DNA from: Akkermansia muciniphila
GTDB lineage: Bacteria > Verrucomicrobiota > Verrucomicrobiia > Limisphaerales > UBA9464
Length of the DNA: 64,000 nucleotides
Reading direction: 5' to 3'
NCBI GenBank assembly: GCA_945893185.1
Contig: CAMDDW010000001.1
Coordinates: 82,504 to 146,503, forward strand
Shown: positions 1-9,965 of the stretch, in pieces
Layout: each line of letters opens with the position of its first letter
Position numbering within the stretch: the stretch's first letter is position 1
Translations under genes and position numbers: made by a program
Notes under the pieces: model-generated
The model's input: the letters and a program-made list of their open reading frames with translations, nothing else
Told to the model about the DNA's origin: nothing
Database searches by the model: none

Positions 1-1019
1 CGAAGCCAACCTTGCGCTCCCGGAGCCAGACTGAAGCGGGGCATGTCGTTCAGGTCGGCTGTGCCGGACTTGGTGTCGGCCAGAGCGCACGATCGCCGCA
101 CCCCGTCGAGCACGCACACCTTGGCCGAGAGTCGAGTTCCGCCGGAACGGTCCCACAAGCGGACTCCGAGCGCGGCGATCTCGACCGGCGCAGCATCGGC
201 CTTGGCATACCGCGCGGTGACGTTGACTGCTGCAACGTCCGTGCTGTTGCGGGCCCACACCATCGGAAAGGACGACCCCTCGCGCTTCCAAGAGGTGGCA
301 TAAATGGAATGGCGAGGTTCGTTGGCCCGGGCCTTTGAGGCGTCTCCCACAAACCATCCCCGATCCAATCCGCCGGCGTCATACTCGTCAGCCCCGGCGA
401 AATGCCAGTCGCCGTCCCAAATCTCCACCCACGTATGGTTTCCCCGCTCATTGGTCCACATCGGGGTTCCCACGGCCCGGGCCGGAATGCCCACCGACCG
501 ACACGCTTCGACGAGAATGATGGACAAACCGGTGCACGTCGCTTTGCTGAGGGCCTTGGATTCCTTCAGGCTTTGATTGGGGCGCTTGCGTCCGGTGTTG
601 AAGTGAATGTTGACCAACTTGAAGAGCTGTCGGTTGAGGGCCTGGGCCGCTTCGCTGGCCGAATGAGCGTCCTTCACAAGGTCCCGCGACAAGGCCAACA
701 ACTCGGCGCGCCATGGGTCCCGGGGTTCGTCGAAAACTGCGTACGGCAATACGTCATTCAAAAATACGGCCTCGGGCACCTGGGTGGCCCAGGGAAATTC
801 CTTTCGGGCCCGCAAGGCCAAATCGAGATTCTCTAGCAGGAACTCGTTGCTGAGATTCAATCGGTCGCTCTCGGTCATGTGTTCAGCCAGAAAGCGGGCC
901 GCACTCTCACCGGCTGCCCCGTGCCGATCTTGAGCCAATCGGACAAAGTCTGGGATCGAGGCGGACCAGGCCGTCCACCCGAGTGCAAAGAGCACGGACA
1001 TGACACGAATCACACGCAT
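1..1019 (-). CDS. Transglutaminase-like (Cys-His-Asp core) secreted protein; C-terminal part lies outside the window
   Basis: Absent from the ORF track because no stop codon lies inside the window. My own translation from ATG 1019..1017 gives MRVIRVMSVLFALGWTAWSA (signal-like) ... KATCTGLSIILVEACRSVGIPARAVG ... GNHTWVEIWDGDWHFAGADE. That is the Cys/His/Asp arrangement of transglutaminase-like folds. The frame stays open to position 1. Confidence 0.65.
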   Translation of the reverse strand, partial: MRVIRVMSVLFALGWTAWSASIPDFVRLAQDRHGAAGESAARFLAEHMTESDRLNLSNEFLLENLDLALRARKEFPWATQVPEAVFLNDVLPYAVFDEPRDPWRAELLALSRDLVKDAHSASEAAQALNRQLFKLVNIHFNTGRKRPNQSLKESKALSKATCTGLSIILVEACRSVGIPARAVGTPMWTNERGNHTWVEIWDGDWHFAGADEYDAGGLDRGWFVGDASKARANEPRHSIYATSWKREGSSFPMVWARNSTDVAAVNVTARYAKADAAPVEIAALGVRLWDRSGGTRLSAKVCVLDGVRRSCALADTKSGTADLNDMPRFSLAPGAQGWL

Positions 1020-1111
1020 GGGTTCACCTTGCACCAACTCTCCAGCCCGGGTCAAAGCACCTCCACCGATGCATCGCACCGCCAGACAGGCGTGCCCATG
1101 AACAGAACTTC

Positions 1112-1156
1112 GCTGGAACGATTCAATGGGATCCGTCGTTCTGGCTCAGGCTTGTT
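1112..1156 (-). repeat. Truncated, inverted copy of the dispersed inverted-terminus element
   Basis: GCTGGAACGATTCAATGGGATCCGTCGTTCTGGCTCAGGCTTGTT matches the reverse complement of 34101..34145 at about 36 of 45 positions. Similarity fades after that. Confidence 0.55.
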
Positions 1157-1222
1157 TTTGAGAGGGACACGAAACTTTCTGCTGGTCTGACTTTTGCAAG
1201 GGGTTCCATCGTCTGAAGAGCC

Positions 1223-4200
1223 GTGGAACATCGCCGACTGTCAAAACCGGGATCCCTCTGTGGGTGGATTGCGCGGGCCGCACTGGCTCTGAGCCTGTGT
1301 CTTAACCTGGCAGCAAGCCCAACGGGCGGCCCTGATTTTTCCACCGAGGTCCGACCGATCCTCTCCCAGCATTGCTTCAAATGCCACGGACCCGACGACC
1401 TGTCGCGCAAGAGCAACCTGCGTCTTGATGTCCGCGATGCGGCCCTCCAACCCGCCAAATCTGGAGCGGTGGCACTGGTCCCCGGCAAACCCCATTCCAG
1501 CGAGCTCGTAACTCGGATTCATTCCCGGGATCCGGACGAGATAATGCCACCGCCGAGCACCCGGCATCCCCTGACGGAAACAGAAAAGAAGACCCTGGAG
1601 GCTTGGATCGCCGCCGGTGCCGAGTACGTCCCCCACTGGGCCTTCCAGCGACCCAAATTTGTAACACCTCCCCAGGTCGATAACACCTCGTGGGCACGCA
1701 ACGCGATCGATCAATTCGTGCTCCAACGATTGCAAGAACGCGGGGTTGCTCCTGCCGAAGCGGCCGATCTACACGCCCTGGCACGTCGCGTTTCGCTCGA
1801 CCTAACAGGCCTGCCTCCCACCCCCGCCGAAGTAGAGGCCTTCTTGAAAGACCCCAGCGACGCAGGCTACGAACACTGGGTGGATCAGCTCTTGGCTGCC
1901 CCTCGATACGGTGAACGTTGGGGCCGACGCTGGATGGATCTGGCCCGCTACGCCGACACCAACGGGTACGAAAAGGATCGCACCCGAAGCATCTGGCCTT
2001 GGCGCGATTGGGTAATTCGCTCTCTCAATGCCGACATGCCCTTCGACCAGTTCACCCTAGAACAACTCGCGGGGGATCTCCTACCCAATGCCACGCCGGA
2101 CCAGCGCATCGCCACCGGATTCCACCGGAACACCATGCTCAATGAAGAGGGCGGGATCGATCCGCTGGAGTTCCGCTTCCATGCCATGACCGATCGGGTA
2201 GCCACCACTGGCACCACGTGGTTGGGGCTCACCGTCGGGTGTGCCCAATGCCACACTCACAAATACGACCCTATCCCGCACCGGGAGTATTATCAGTTGA
2301 TGGCCTTCCTGAACAATGCCGACGAACCGGACATGGACCTCGTGGAGCCGTCTGAAGAGGCGCGGCATCAGGCTCGATTGGCCGAAGCAGAAGCCCTGAC
2401 AGCAACCCTGGCAGAGCGGTTTCCGATCGAAGAAACCGTGTGGTTCACTCCCACCCTGACCGAGGCCCGGTCCCTGAAGGGATCGCCCGTGAGCGCTCTC
2501 AAAGATCAATCAGCTCTCTTCACCGGGACGCCGCCAGACACAGACACCCTCACTCTCGTCGTGACCACGCGGGACACCCACATCGACCGACTCCGCTTGG
2601 AAACCCTGCTCGACGAAGCTCTCCCCAAAAAAGGGCCCGGACGCGTGGCTCATGGAAACTTCGTCCTGAGTGAACTGCGGGTTTCGGCCGCGCCGCTGGA
2701 TGCCCCGGATCAGGTTCAAAAGATCGCTCTTGCCCATGCCCAATCCGACGTAGAGCAGTCGGGCTTTCCGGCGGCCAATGCTATTGATGACCAACTCCAG
2801 ACCGGTTGGGCTGTCGACGTGGGGGGCGACCGACTCAACCGGGAACACCACCTCAGTGTCCAGTTTCAGAAGGAGGTCGACTTTCCATCGGGCATCCGCT
2901 TCGAAATTACTCTGGAACACCAGCAGGCCGCTCAACACCTCATCGGCCGTCCCCGGATTCGCTTGGGCCGACCGACCTCCGATCCGCGCCCCCTGGCGGA
3001 ACGGCGCAAGGCCGCCGCAGAGGCTGCATTCCAAAAATGGTTCAGCAAAGCGCGCGAGACGGCCATCCGTTGGACTCCCCTGCGTCCGACGGCCGCGACC
3101 TCCAACCTCCCGCTGCTCACCGTCCAAGAAGACGCCTCGGTCTTTGCCAGCGGCGACATCAGCAAGAGTGACACCTACCAACTCGCTTTCACCGCGCCGC
3201 CCGAACCCATCACCGCCGTCCGATTGGAAGTTCTGCCCGATCCGCGACTGCCCAAGAACGGGCCGGGCCTGGCCTATTATGAAGGTCCAAAGGGCGATTT
3301 CTTTCTGGGCGAACTGAGCCTCAGCGCAGGCGGCCAGCCCGTCCGCTGGAAGTCCTCCTCGCAAAGTTTCGGAAAGAACGCCTTCGGGAATGAGGCCACG
3401 GCGGCGTTGGCTGTCGATGGCGACCCGCAAACCGGCTGGTCCACCGCGGGTCGCGAGGGCCAGCGGCATGAGGCGGTCTTTATTCCCGAGGCGCCGATCT
3501 TGGGCAATGCTGACCTCAAGCTTTCCCTGCTCTTTGGGCGGCACTACGCCTGTTCTCTGGGGCGTTTCCGGATTTCGGTCACCACCCACCCGGGTGGAGC
3601 CTCCGCGCGGGATCTCCCCGCAGAACTAGAACCCTTGCTCATCGCGCCGGACGCCTCGCTGGCCGAATCTCAGAGAGCCCGACTCCGCCGTCACTTCCTC
3701 TTGACCACTCCAGAACTGGCCGAGTCGCAGAAACGCATCGCCCAACTGCGACAACCCCTCACTCCGAAAACCACCCTGGTCTTGCAGGAGCGCCCACCGG
3801 AGAACCCTCGCCCCACCTTCCTCCACCGACGCGGCGAATACCTTCAGCCCGCCGAACGCGTGGAACCCGGTGTCCTCTCGGTCGTCTCCCCGTTTCCGAC
3901 CGAGTTACCCCGCAACCGCCTCGGCCTGGCACGGTGGCTCGTGTCCACCAACAATCCCCTGACGGCGCGAGTCACCGTCAATCGCCAGTGGCAGGCCTTC
4001 TTCGGCAAGGGTTTGGTTCGAACCTCAGAGGACTTCGGCTATCAAGGAGACAGCCCCAGCCATCCTGAGCTGCTCGATTGGTTGGCCATGGATTTCATGC
4101 GAAACGGTTGGTCTCTCAAGCGACTTCACAAGCAAATCGCCCTGAGCGCCACCTACCGGCAGTCCTCGCGAACCCGGCCGGACTCACTGGCCCGCGACCC

Positions 4201-4834
4201 GGACAATCGCTGGCTCTCCCGCGGACCCTCCGTTCGCCTGGATGCGGAGGTCATTCGCGATGCCGCTCTCAAGGCCAGCGGGCTACTCTCGGACGCCATG
4301 GGCGGACCTGGGGTGTACCCGCCCCAGCCTTCCGGGGTCATGGAGGCCGCATGGGGCGGATCGTCTTGGCCAACCAGCGAGGGCCAGAACCGCTACCGTC
4401 GCAGCCTCTACACCTTCGCCAAGCGGACGGCTCCCTTTGCCCTGTTCAACACCTTCGATGCCCCCACCGGTGAATCCTGCATCGCCCGGCGCGAGACCTC
4501 CAACACCCCCCTGCAGGCGCTCACTCTGCTCAATGACGTCTTCTTCATTGAGGTCTCACAAGCCATGGGTCGAGACCTAGCCCGGCAATCGGGAACGGTT
4601 TCCCAACGCATCCAGAACGCATTTCAACGCTGCATGACTCGCCCTCCGACTGAAACCGAGCTTCATGCCCTCGAAACTTTCTGGAAAACCCAACTCCAGC
4701 GTTTCCAGGCTCACGAGTTGGATGCGGCCGCGGTGGCCGGACCCGGTGAGGGTTCTTCCATTGAGGAACGCGCCGCCTGGTCGGCCCTATCACGGGCCCT
4801 GTTCAACCTCGATGAAATGATCACCAAGGGCTGA
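1223..4834 (+). CDS. PSCyt + DUF1549 + DUF1553 (PSD1-type) large secreted protein of PVC bacteria
   Basis: 1203-aa ORF with GTG start. It has a hydrophobic N-terminus and CFKCH (1373..1387), the planctomycete cytochrome-c motif. A DUF1549-like region contains NAIDQFV...RRVSLDLTGLPPT. Two discoidin-like inserts contain NAIDDQLQTGW and LAVDGDPQTGW. The DUF1553-like tail contains FDAPTGESCIARRETSNTPLQAL. Confidence 0.85.
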   Translation: MEHRRLSKPGSLCGWIARAALALSLCLNLAASPTGGPDFSTEVRPILSQHCFKCHGPDDLSRKSNLRLDVRDAALQPAKSGAVALVPGKPHSSELVTRIHSRDPDEIMPPPSTRHPLTETEKKTLEAWIAAGAEYVPHWAFQRPKFVTPPQVDNTSWARNAIDQFVLQRLQERGVAPAEAADLHALARRVSLDLTGLPPTPAEVEAFLKDPSDAGYEHWVDQLLAAPRYGERWGRRWMDLARYADTNGYEKDRTRSIWPWRDWVIRSLNADMPFDQFTLEQLAGDLLPNATPDQRIATGFHRNTMLNEEGGIDPLEFRFHAMTDRVATTGTTWLGLTVGCAQCHTHKYDPIPHREYYQLMAFLNNADEPDMDLVEPSEEARHQARLAEAEALTATLAERFPIEETVWFTPTLTEARSLKGSPVSALKDQSALFTGTPPDTDTLTLVVTTRDTHIDRLRLETLLDEALPKKGPGRVAHGNFVLSELRVSAAPLDAPDQVQKIALAHAQSDVEQSGFPAANAIDDQLQTGWAVDVGGDRLNREHHLSVQFQKEVDFPSGIRFEITLEHQQAAQHLIGRPRIRLGRPTSDPRPLAERRKAAAEAAFQKWFSKARETAIRWTPLRPTAATSNLPLLTVQEDASVFASGDISKSDTYQLAFTAPPEPITAVRLEVLPDPRLPKNGPGLAYYEGPKGDFFLGELSLSAGGQPVRWKSSSQSFGKNAFGNEATAALAVDGDPQTGWSTAGREGQRHEAVFIPEAPILGNADLKLSLLFGRHYACSLGRFRISVTTHPGGASARDLPAELEPLLIAPDASLAESQRARLRRHFLLTTPELAESQKRIAQLRQPLTPKTTLVLQERPPENPRPTFLHRRGEYLQPAERVEPGVLSVVSPFPTELPRNRLGLARWLVSTNNPLTARVTVNRQWQAFFGKGLVRTSEDFGYQGDSPSHPELLDWLAMDFMRNGWSLKRLHKQIALSATYRQSSRTRPDSLARDPDNRWLSRGPSVRLDAEVIRDAALKASGLLSDAMGGPGVYPPQPSGVMEAAWGGSSWPTSEGQNRYRRSLYTFAKRTAPFALFNTFDAPTGESCIARRETSNTPLQALTLLNDVFFIEVSQAMGRDLARQSGTVSQRIQNAFQRCMTRPPTETELHALETFWKTQLQRFQAHELDAAAVAGPGEGSSIEERAAWSALSRALFNLDEMITKG

Positions 4835-4854
4835 AAACTCATCCCCACCCTCCC

Positions 4855-6300
4855 ATGAATCCTTTGAACCTTCACCCGCATCACGTCAGCCGACGGCATT
4901 TCTTCAAAGACTGCGGCGTGGGCTTGGGCAAGATCGCCTTGGCCGGATTGCTGACAGATCGCTGGGGCAACTCTCTCTCGGCCTCGCCTCTGGCAGGCAC
5001 CCCGGCCACGACGGCAAAATCCCCGCATTTTCCCGGCCGGGCCAAGCGGGTCATCCACCTCTTCATGGGTGGGGCTCCCAGTCAGCTAGAACTCTTCGAT
5101 TTCAAACCGGAGTTAGCGAAGCTAGAGGGGCGCCCGCTACCGCCCTCGGTCATCGGCGGTCAGCGCTACGCCTTCATCCGGCCCGATGCCGCCGTGCTGG
5201 GCCCCCGCTTTAAGTTCGCCCGTCACGGCCAATCCGGAACCGAAATCTCGGAGGTCCTCCCGCATCTGGGGAAGATCGTCGATGACATCTGCCTGATTCG
5301 TTCGGTACGCACCGACCAATTCAACCACGCTCCAGCGCAGATTTTCTTTAACACCGGATTCTCCCAACCCGGCCGCCCGAGCCTAGGATCCTGGGTGCTT
5401 TACGGTCTCGGGTCCGAGTCCCAGAATTTACCTGCCTTCGTCGTCATGAGCACCGGGGGCGGCCTGAGCGGAGGGGCGGCTCTCTGGTCCAGCGGGTTCC
5501 TTCCGACGGTCCACACCGGAGTGCGCCTGCGCAACCAAGGCCCACCCATCCTGAACGTCGACAACCCAGCCGGCATCGACACCCGTCTCCAGCGCGACAC
5601 GCTCGACCTCGTCGCCGATTTAAACCAAAAGCGATTGGGCACCGTGGGGGACCCGGAAATCGCCACCCGAATCGCCTCCTACGAAATGGCGTTCCGGCTC
5701 CAGACTTCAGCCCCAGAACTCATGGACTTGCGCGGGGAATCCCCGGAGACCTTGAAGATGTACGGGTGCGACCCAGCCAAGCCCTCCTTCGCCCGAGCGT
5801 GTCTGCTGGCCCGGCGAATGATCGAGCGCGGAGTCCGCTTCGTGAACTTGTACCACGAAGGCTGGGACGCCCACTCCGACGTGGTCGGCAATGTCCGCAG
5901 CAATGCAGCGATCACCGACCAGGCCAGCGCTGCGTTGGTGCTCGATCTGAAGCAGCGGGGATTGTTGGACGACACCCTGGTGATCTGGGGTGGTGAGTTT
6001 GGTCGCACTCCGATGGTCGAATCCAACCCGGCTCTGGGCCGGAGCCAGGGGCGGGATCATCACCCGCAAGCCTACAGTGTCTGGATGGCCGGTGGAGGCA
6101 TCCGGGCCGGCATGAGCCATGGGGCCACCGACGACTTGGGATTCCACGTGGTTGAAAATCCGGTCCATGTGCATGACCTCCAAGCCACGATCCTGCACTG
6201 CCTCGGCTTCGACCATGAGAAGCTGACATTCCACAATGCCGGCCGCGATTTCCGCCTCACCGATGTCCACGGGCAAGTGGTGCGGAATATCTTGGCCTAG
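4855..6300 (+). CDS. DUF1501 (sulfatase-fold) protein with twin-arginine leader
   Basis: 481 aa with ATG start. Tat-like leader SRRHFFKDCGVGLG; motifs GGEFGRTP and GRDHHP. It sits 20 nt downstream of the PSD1-type gene, which is the usual pairing. Confidence 0.85.
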   Translation: MNPLNLHPHHVSRRHFFKDCGVGLGKIALAGLLTDRWGNSLSASPLAGTPATTAKSPHFPGRAKRVIHLFMGGAPSQLELFDFKPELAKLEGRPLPPSVIGGQRYAFIRPDAAVLGPRFKFARHGQSGTEISEVLPHLGKIVDDICLIRSVRTDQFNHAPAQIFFNTGFSQPGRPSLGSWVLYGLGSESQNLPAFVVMSTGGGLSGGAALWSSGFLPTVHTGVRLRNQGPPILNVDNPAGIDTRLQRDTLDLVADLNQKRLGTVGDPEIATRIASYEMAFRLQTSAPELMDLRGESPETLKMYGCDPAKPSFARACLLARRMIERGVRFVNLYHEGWDAHSDVVGNVRSNAAITDQASAALVLDLKQRGLLDDTLVIWGGEFGRTPMVESNPALGRSQGRDHHPQAYSVWMAGGGIRAGMSHGATDDLGFHVVENPVHVHDLQATILHCLGFDHEKLTFHNAGRDFRLTDVHGQVVRNILA

Positions 6301-6352
6301 CATCGAGGGCCCAGAAACACCCTAGAGTTGGTGGCCCAGAACGGCTGATTGA

Positions 6353-6382
6353 GGCAGTGGCGTGAGAACCAACGCCACCGCC
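6353..6382. terminator. Strong hairpin between convergent genes (possible bidirectional terminator)
   Basis: GGCAGTGGCGT-gagaacca-ACGCCACCGCC gives 10 of 11 bp paired with an 8-nt loop. It lies between the stops at 6300 (+) and 6417 (-). There is no clear U-tract on either strand. Confidence 0.4.
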
Positions 6383-6416
6383 TAAACCCGAGACGAACTT
6401 CCCGCAAGAGTCGGTG

Positions 6417-9400
6417 TTACCGATAAACCGCCGGTTCGGCTCCGATTGTCCCGGTCAGTTCTCCGACGCGCTGTTCGGAGCGACTGCGCTCCAGCATCAC
6501 ACGGGCGTAGGACCGCCGTTCGTGTAAACCCAGTCGCTCCGCTTCCTGCGCATACTCCGTGCGGCTGATCAACCGATCGATAGAGGTGACAATGGTGTTC
6601 CAGTGACGCACTTCCAACTCGCGCCGCATCTCCAACCGGGCGCGGTACCAAGGACTCACGAGGACACTCTCCCGATTGAACATCGCTCGGAAGGCCGGAT
6701 CCTCGAGGCGAAGTCCTTCGCTGGCTCCATCACGCATAATGTGAAGAAGAGCCTGGAGTGGTGGCACGGCCTGGTGAATGGAACCGTCGTCGAAGTAATG
6801 CTGTGCCACTCGTCGATGAGTCGCCGCGATGTTGTCTACCGAATCGGCATATTGCCCCGCATCCTGCCTCTCAGGTCGCAACATGCTCTCGACCAAGACG
6901 GCGTGAGGATGGTTAAAAACACGCCCCAGGAAGTCGTTCACGAACTTCAGCGTGACTCGCCACCCCAGGCGACTGGCCGGGACGGTCCGCCCCTCGTGGG
7001 TGAAGTCCGACACGCGCTCCAGATAGCCATTGGCGATGAGGAAAGCCGGATCCCGCTCCGTGACGCCCATCCGACACCAGACCTCCGGCACAAGCAGGCT
7101 GACATCATGATCCACGCGGGTTTTAGGCCCGAGATATCCGGCACTCGTCAAGAAAACCGGATTCTCGGAGACAGCCAAACTCACGAAGGCCGCATTAAGA
7201 TCGTAAATGGGCGGCAGGGCGTTAAACGGCCCCTTGGTCAAGGCTCCCTCGCTGCCGGCCCCGGTCGTCGACGGGGACTTGCCAGTCATGCTGGAGATGA
7301 ACTCCATGAATGCCTCTGGCAACTCCATATGGTGGATGGGCCCATAGCACGCCAGCGGACGCACTCCAGGTTCCGCCGGGTTGTTCCGACGACCAGCCAA
7401 GACCGCATGCACCGGCGTGTACACCGGACGATCGGTCGCCAAGCGACGTGCCAATCGAGCCGACATGGTCGTCAGATGACGCCCCAGGTTATCGAGGAGA
7501 TCGGGACGCGTCTGAAGATACCGAGGGTTCTTCGAGGGTTTGCCATCCACTAATCGAGGATGAGAAGTGACGACAATCCATTCGGGAGAACCATCGCCCG
7601 GCTCTGAGGCCGCGGCCGCTTCGATCAGCGCCCGCATGGGCGCAGTGTATTGGTTCAGTCCGATGGCATCATCGACCAACTCTCTGGCCTGCTTGCGTGA
7701 GATGGGTTCGTAGTTGCTGAAGAAGCATCCGCCGCCAGCAAAGTCTGCTTCAGCGGCCTTGTCATACCCGCGATGAATGGCGTCGTCCGGCCGCTGGAAA
7801 AGTCGAAACTCACTGTTCTGAACGAATTTGAGCGACGGATAAACGCTCTGCGGGTCTAGGCCTGGCAATTGGCTGCGCGGCACGGTCACACTGGCCGTAA
7901 TGTCGTCCTCCATCTGAAGCTTGAAGGCCGGAAGATAATCCTTCCGAAGACCAAAAGTCCGCCAGGCTCCATCGTCGTCATAACCCACCCGAAGGAATTG
8001 GGTCACCAATCGCTTGCGCCCCAGCCGCAGCTCATTGGCAGGAGTGCCGTTGATGACATCGACGCTGAACTGCGAGCGCCAGTCCTCTCCCCAAGAGGGT
8101 TGCCAAAAGCGTTTCACAACGAGCACCAATTCCCGGATGTGCGGTGGCACGGAACTGATCCAGGCATTGTGTTCGTTGGAAAAATCTTCGCTCGGTGTCA
8201 GCAGCTTGATGACAGAACCGAGAGTTCGACTCGGATTGAGAATGGGCCGCTGGTCCACGCCATTGCGGGCGGGATCGCGAAACCGTTGGGAAAAGTCGCG
8301 AGCCACGACAATAGCCACTCGGTCGAAATCTTGTGCCAGGTCTGCGACGAAGACCGAGCCGAAGAGGATGGCGTCGGTGATGGGCTTGGAGATCTCGCTC
8401 TTGCCGCCGCCAGAGACCGTGCAGGGCTTGTGACACAGGGTGCCCTCCGGGCGTGTTCCGACCAGACGCCAAGCCCGCGCTGCAATGGCCGGCGGCTCCA
8501 GATGGACCCGAAATCCGCTGGGCATCAGGTAGTGATGGTCCTGCCGGAGTCGGATCGACTGAGTTTTGCCGGCCTCATCCCAGCGAACCGTCAGGGACTC
8601 GATTTCGAAGCGGGCATTCTCAGGGACGTAGACCACCATTGGAAATTGCCGGTCCACGGCATGACCTTCGGGCTGAAGATTCAGTGCATCCGGAATTAAC
8701 CGGGTGACTTCCGAGAAACTGTACGGGGAATTTGCACCATGATGTTGGGCGTCGTATTCGCTGCCTAGATCGTGATTAGCGAAGACCAACGCTCCGCCGG
8801 CGTGCTCCTCCTCGACCAGTCCGAAGAGGTTGGCCGCAAAACTAATTTGGGTTTTGACCTCCTTTTTGCAGTAACCGAAGTAGTTGTCCGAGATGAGTGT
8901 CACGATCACCCCGGAGGCATCCCGCGCGGTCAGTTTGAAGGCGTTCCCGTCATTATAGAGCTCCCGCGCGTCGCTCCAACACATGCCGTCTCGACGCTGA
9001 CGCTCGCTGGCCTCGTCCCGATGCGGAAGTCCCACTTCCTTCTTTGTGAGTCCATTGAGGTGCGGAGCCAAGATCACGCATCCGGTGTGTCCGCTCCAAT
9101 GCTCGGCATCGAGGGATGCGTCATTTTCTGGGAGCAACGGGTCGCCGGCATTGCCGAAGATGCTCTCGACGAAATCGAGGTTGGCCACCAGCGATCCGGG
9201 GACGAAGAAACGAATTTCCATGCTCTTGCGAGGCATCACGCCCGGAACCTCCGGGCAGATGACCGGGCGAATGAGCAGAGAGACCATGCACGGGGCCGGC
9301 GTGGGCCCCGACGCCGTGAACGGCAGTTGCAGAAGTTCCTCAGGAGGATGAAGCGCGCGGGCCAGAAGGTCGGCAAAAACCGTTTTGGGGACACCCTTCT

Positions 9401-9857
9401 TGTCATCGGGAATGGGTAACCCTCCCTCGGTGACATGGAAGATGCCGGAGGTAGTGCGCCGGTCCGACTTCGGATTGTGAAGAATCCCGTTGCGCAACCG
9501 ATAGCTGTGCAGCATCGGCGAGGCGACTTCGTCTTTGTCGGGCGGCAGGGACAAGATCCGGGCCAGGCCATACTGATCCAAGACGAAGGTGTTCCGAGGC
9601 AATTCCCGGGGGACGGCCGTGTCGGACAAATAGTCGTGGATGAAGTTGTTAATCCTGCGGTCCACCGGACTGGCATGACGGCAAAGCAGTCGGTCCTTCT
9701 CGCGGCCCTGAGCGATGAAGCTCTCGAGCTGTGAGTCCACCGCCTGAGTTTCACCGAACAACGGAACGCCTGTCATGCCTAACTCGGCCAGTTTCAGGTT
9801 GATGTGCCGATGGAGTTCGGTGGGGTTGGATGGATTCAGTCCAATGGAACAGTTCAT
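6417..9857 (-). CDS. Large cytosolic enzyme, tentatively PPi-dependent phosphoenolpyruvate carboxykinase (EC 4.1.1.38 type)
   Basis: 1146-aa ORF with ATG start and no signal peptide or TM segment. The size matches the ~130 kDa PPi-PEPCK class. It has a P-loop-like SGGGKSE (8394..8414) and YFGYCKKEVK, which recalls the Y-x-G-E-x-KK motif of ATP-PEPCK. The assignment is from memory of the family, not a search. Confidence 0.45.
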   Translation of the reverse strand: MNCSIGLNPSNPTELHRHINLKLAELGMTGVPLFGETQAVDSQLESFIAQGREKDRLLCRHASPVDRRINNFIHDYLSDTAVPRELPRNTFVLDQYGLARILSLPPDKDEVASPMLHSYRLRNGILHNPKSDRRTTSGIFHVTEGGLPIPDDKKGVPKTVFADLLARALHPPEELLQLPFTASGPTPAPCMVSLLIRPVICPEVPGVMPRKSMEIRFFVPGSLVANLDFVESIFGNAGDPLLPENDASLDAEHWSGHTGCVILAPHLNGLTKKEVGLPHRDEASERQRRDGMCWSDARELYNDGNAFKLTARDASGVIVTLISDNYFGYCKKEVKTQISFAANLFGLVEEEHAGGALVFANHDLGSEYDAQHHGANSPYSFSEVTRLIPDALNLQPEGHAVDRQFPMVVYVPENARFEIESLTVRWDEAGKTQSIRLRQDHHYLMPSGFRVHLEPPAIAARAWRLVGTRPEGTLCHKPCTVSGGGKSEISKPITDAILFGSVFVADLAQDFDRVAIVVARDFSQRFRDPARNGVDQRPILNPSRTLGSVIKLLTPSEDFSNEHNAWISSVPPHIRELVLVVKRFWQPSWGEDWRSQFSVDVINGTPANELRLGRKRLVTQFLRVGYDDDGAWRTFGLRKDYLPAFKLQMEDDITASVTVPRSQLPGLDPQSVYPSLKFVQNSEFRLFQRPDDAIHRGYDKAAEADFAGGGCFFSNYEPISRKQARELVDDAIGLNQYTAPMRALIEAAAASEPGDGSPEWIVVTSHPRLVDGKPSKNPRYLQTRPDLLDNLGRHLTTMSARLARRLATDRPVYTPVHAVLAGRRNNPAEPGVRPLACYGPIHHMELPEAFMEFISSMTGKSPSTTGAGSEGALTKGPFNALPPIYDLNAAFVSLAVSENPVFLTSAGYLGPKTRVDHDVSLLVPEVWCRMGVTERDPAFLIANGYLERVSDFTHEGRTVPASRLGWRVTLKFVNDFLGRVFNHPHAVLVESMLRPERQDAGQYADSVDNIAATHRRVAQHYFDDGSIHQAVPPLQALLHIMRDGASEGLRLEDPAFRAMFNRESVLVSPWYRARLEMRRELEVRHWNTIVTSIDRLISRTEYAQEAERLGLHERRSYARVMLERSRSEQRVGELTGTIGAEPAVYR

Positions 9858-9965
9858 GGGCTAAGGAGGCGGGTTTGGGTAAACCGCCTAAGTCAGTCTC
9901 AACCGGGAATGACTCGCCTTCAAGCCCCGAGAACGGCTCGGGTCCGGCGGGCTCTCATCCTGAGA

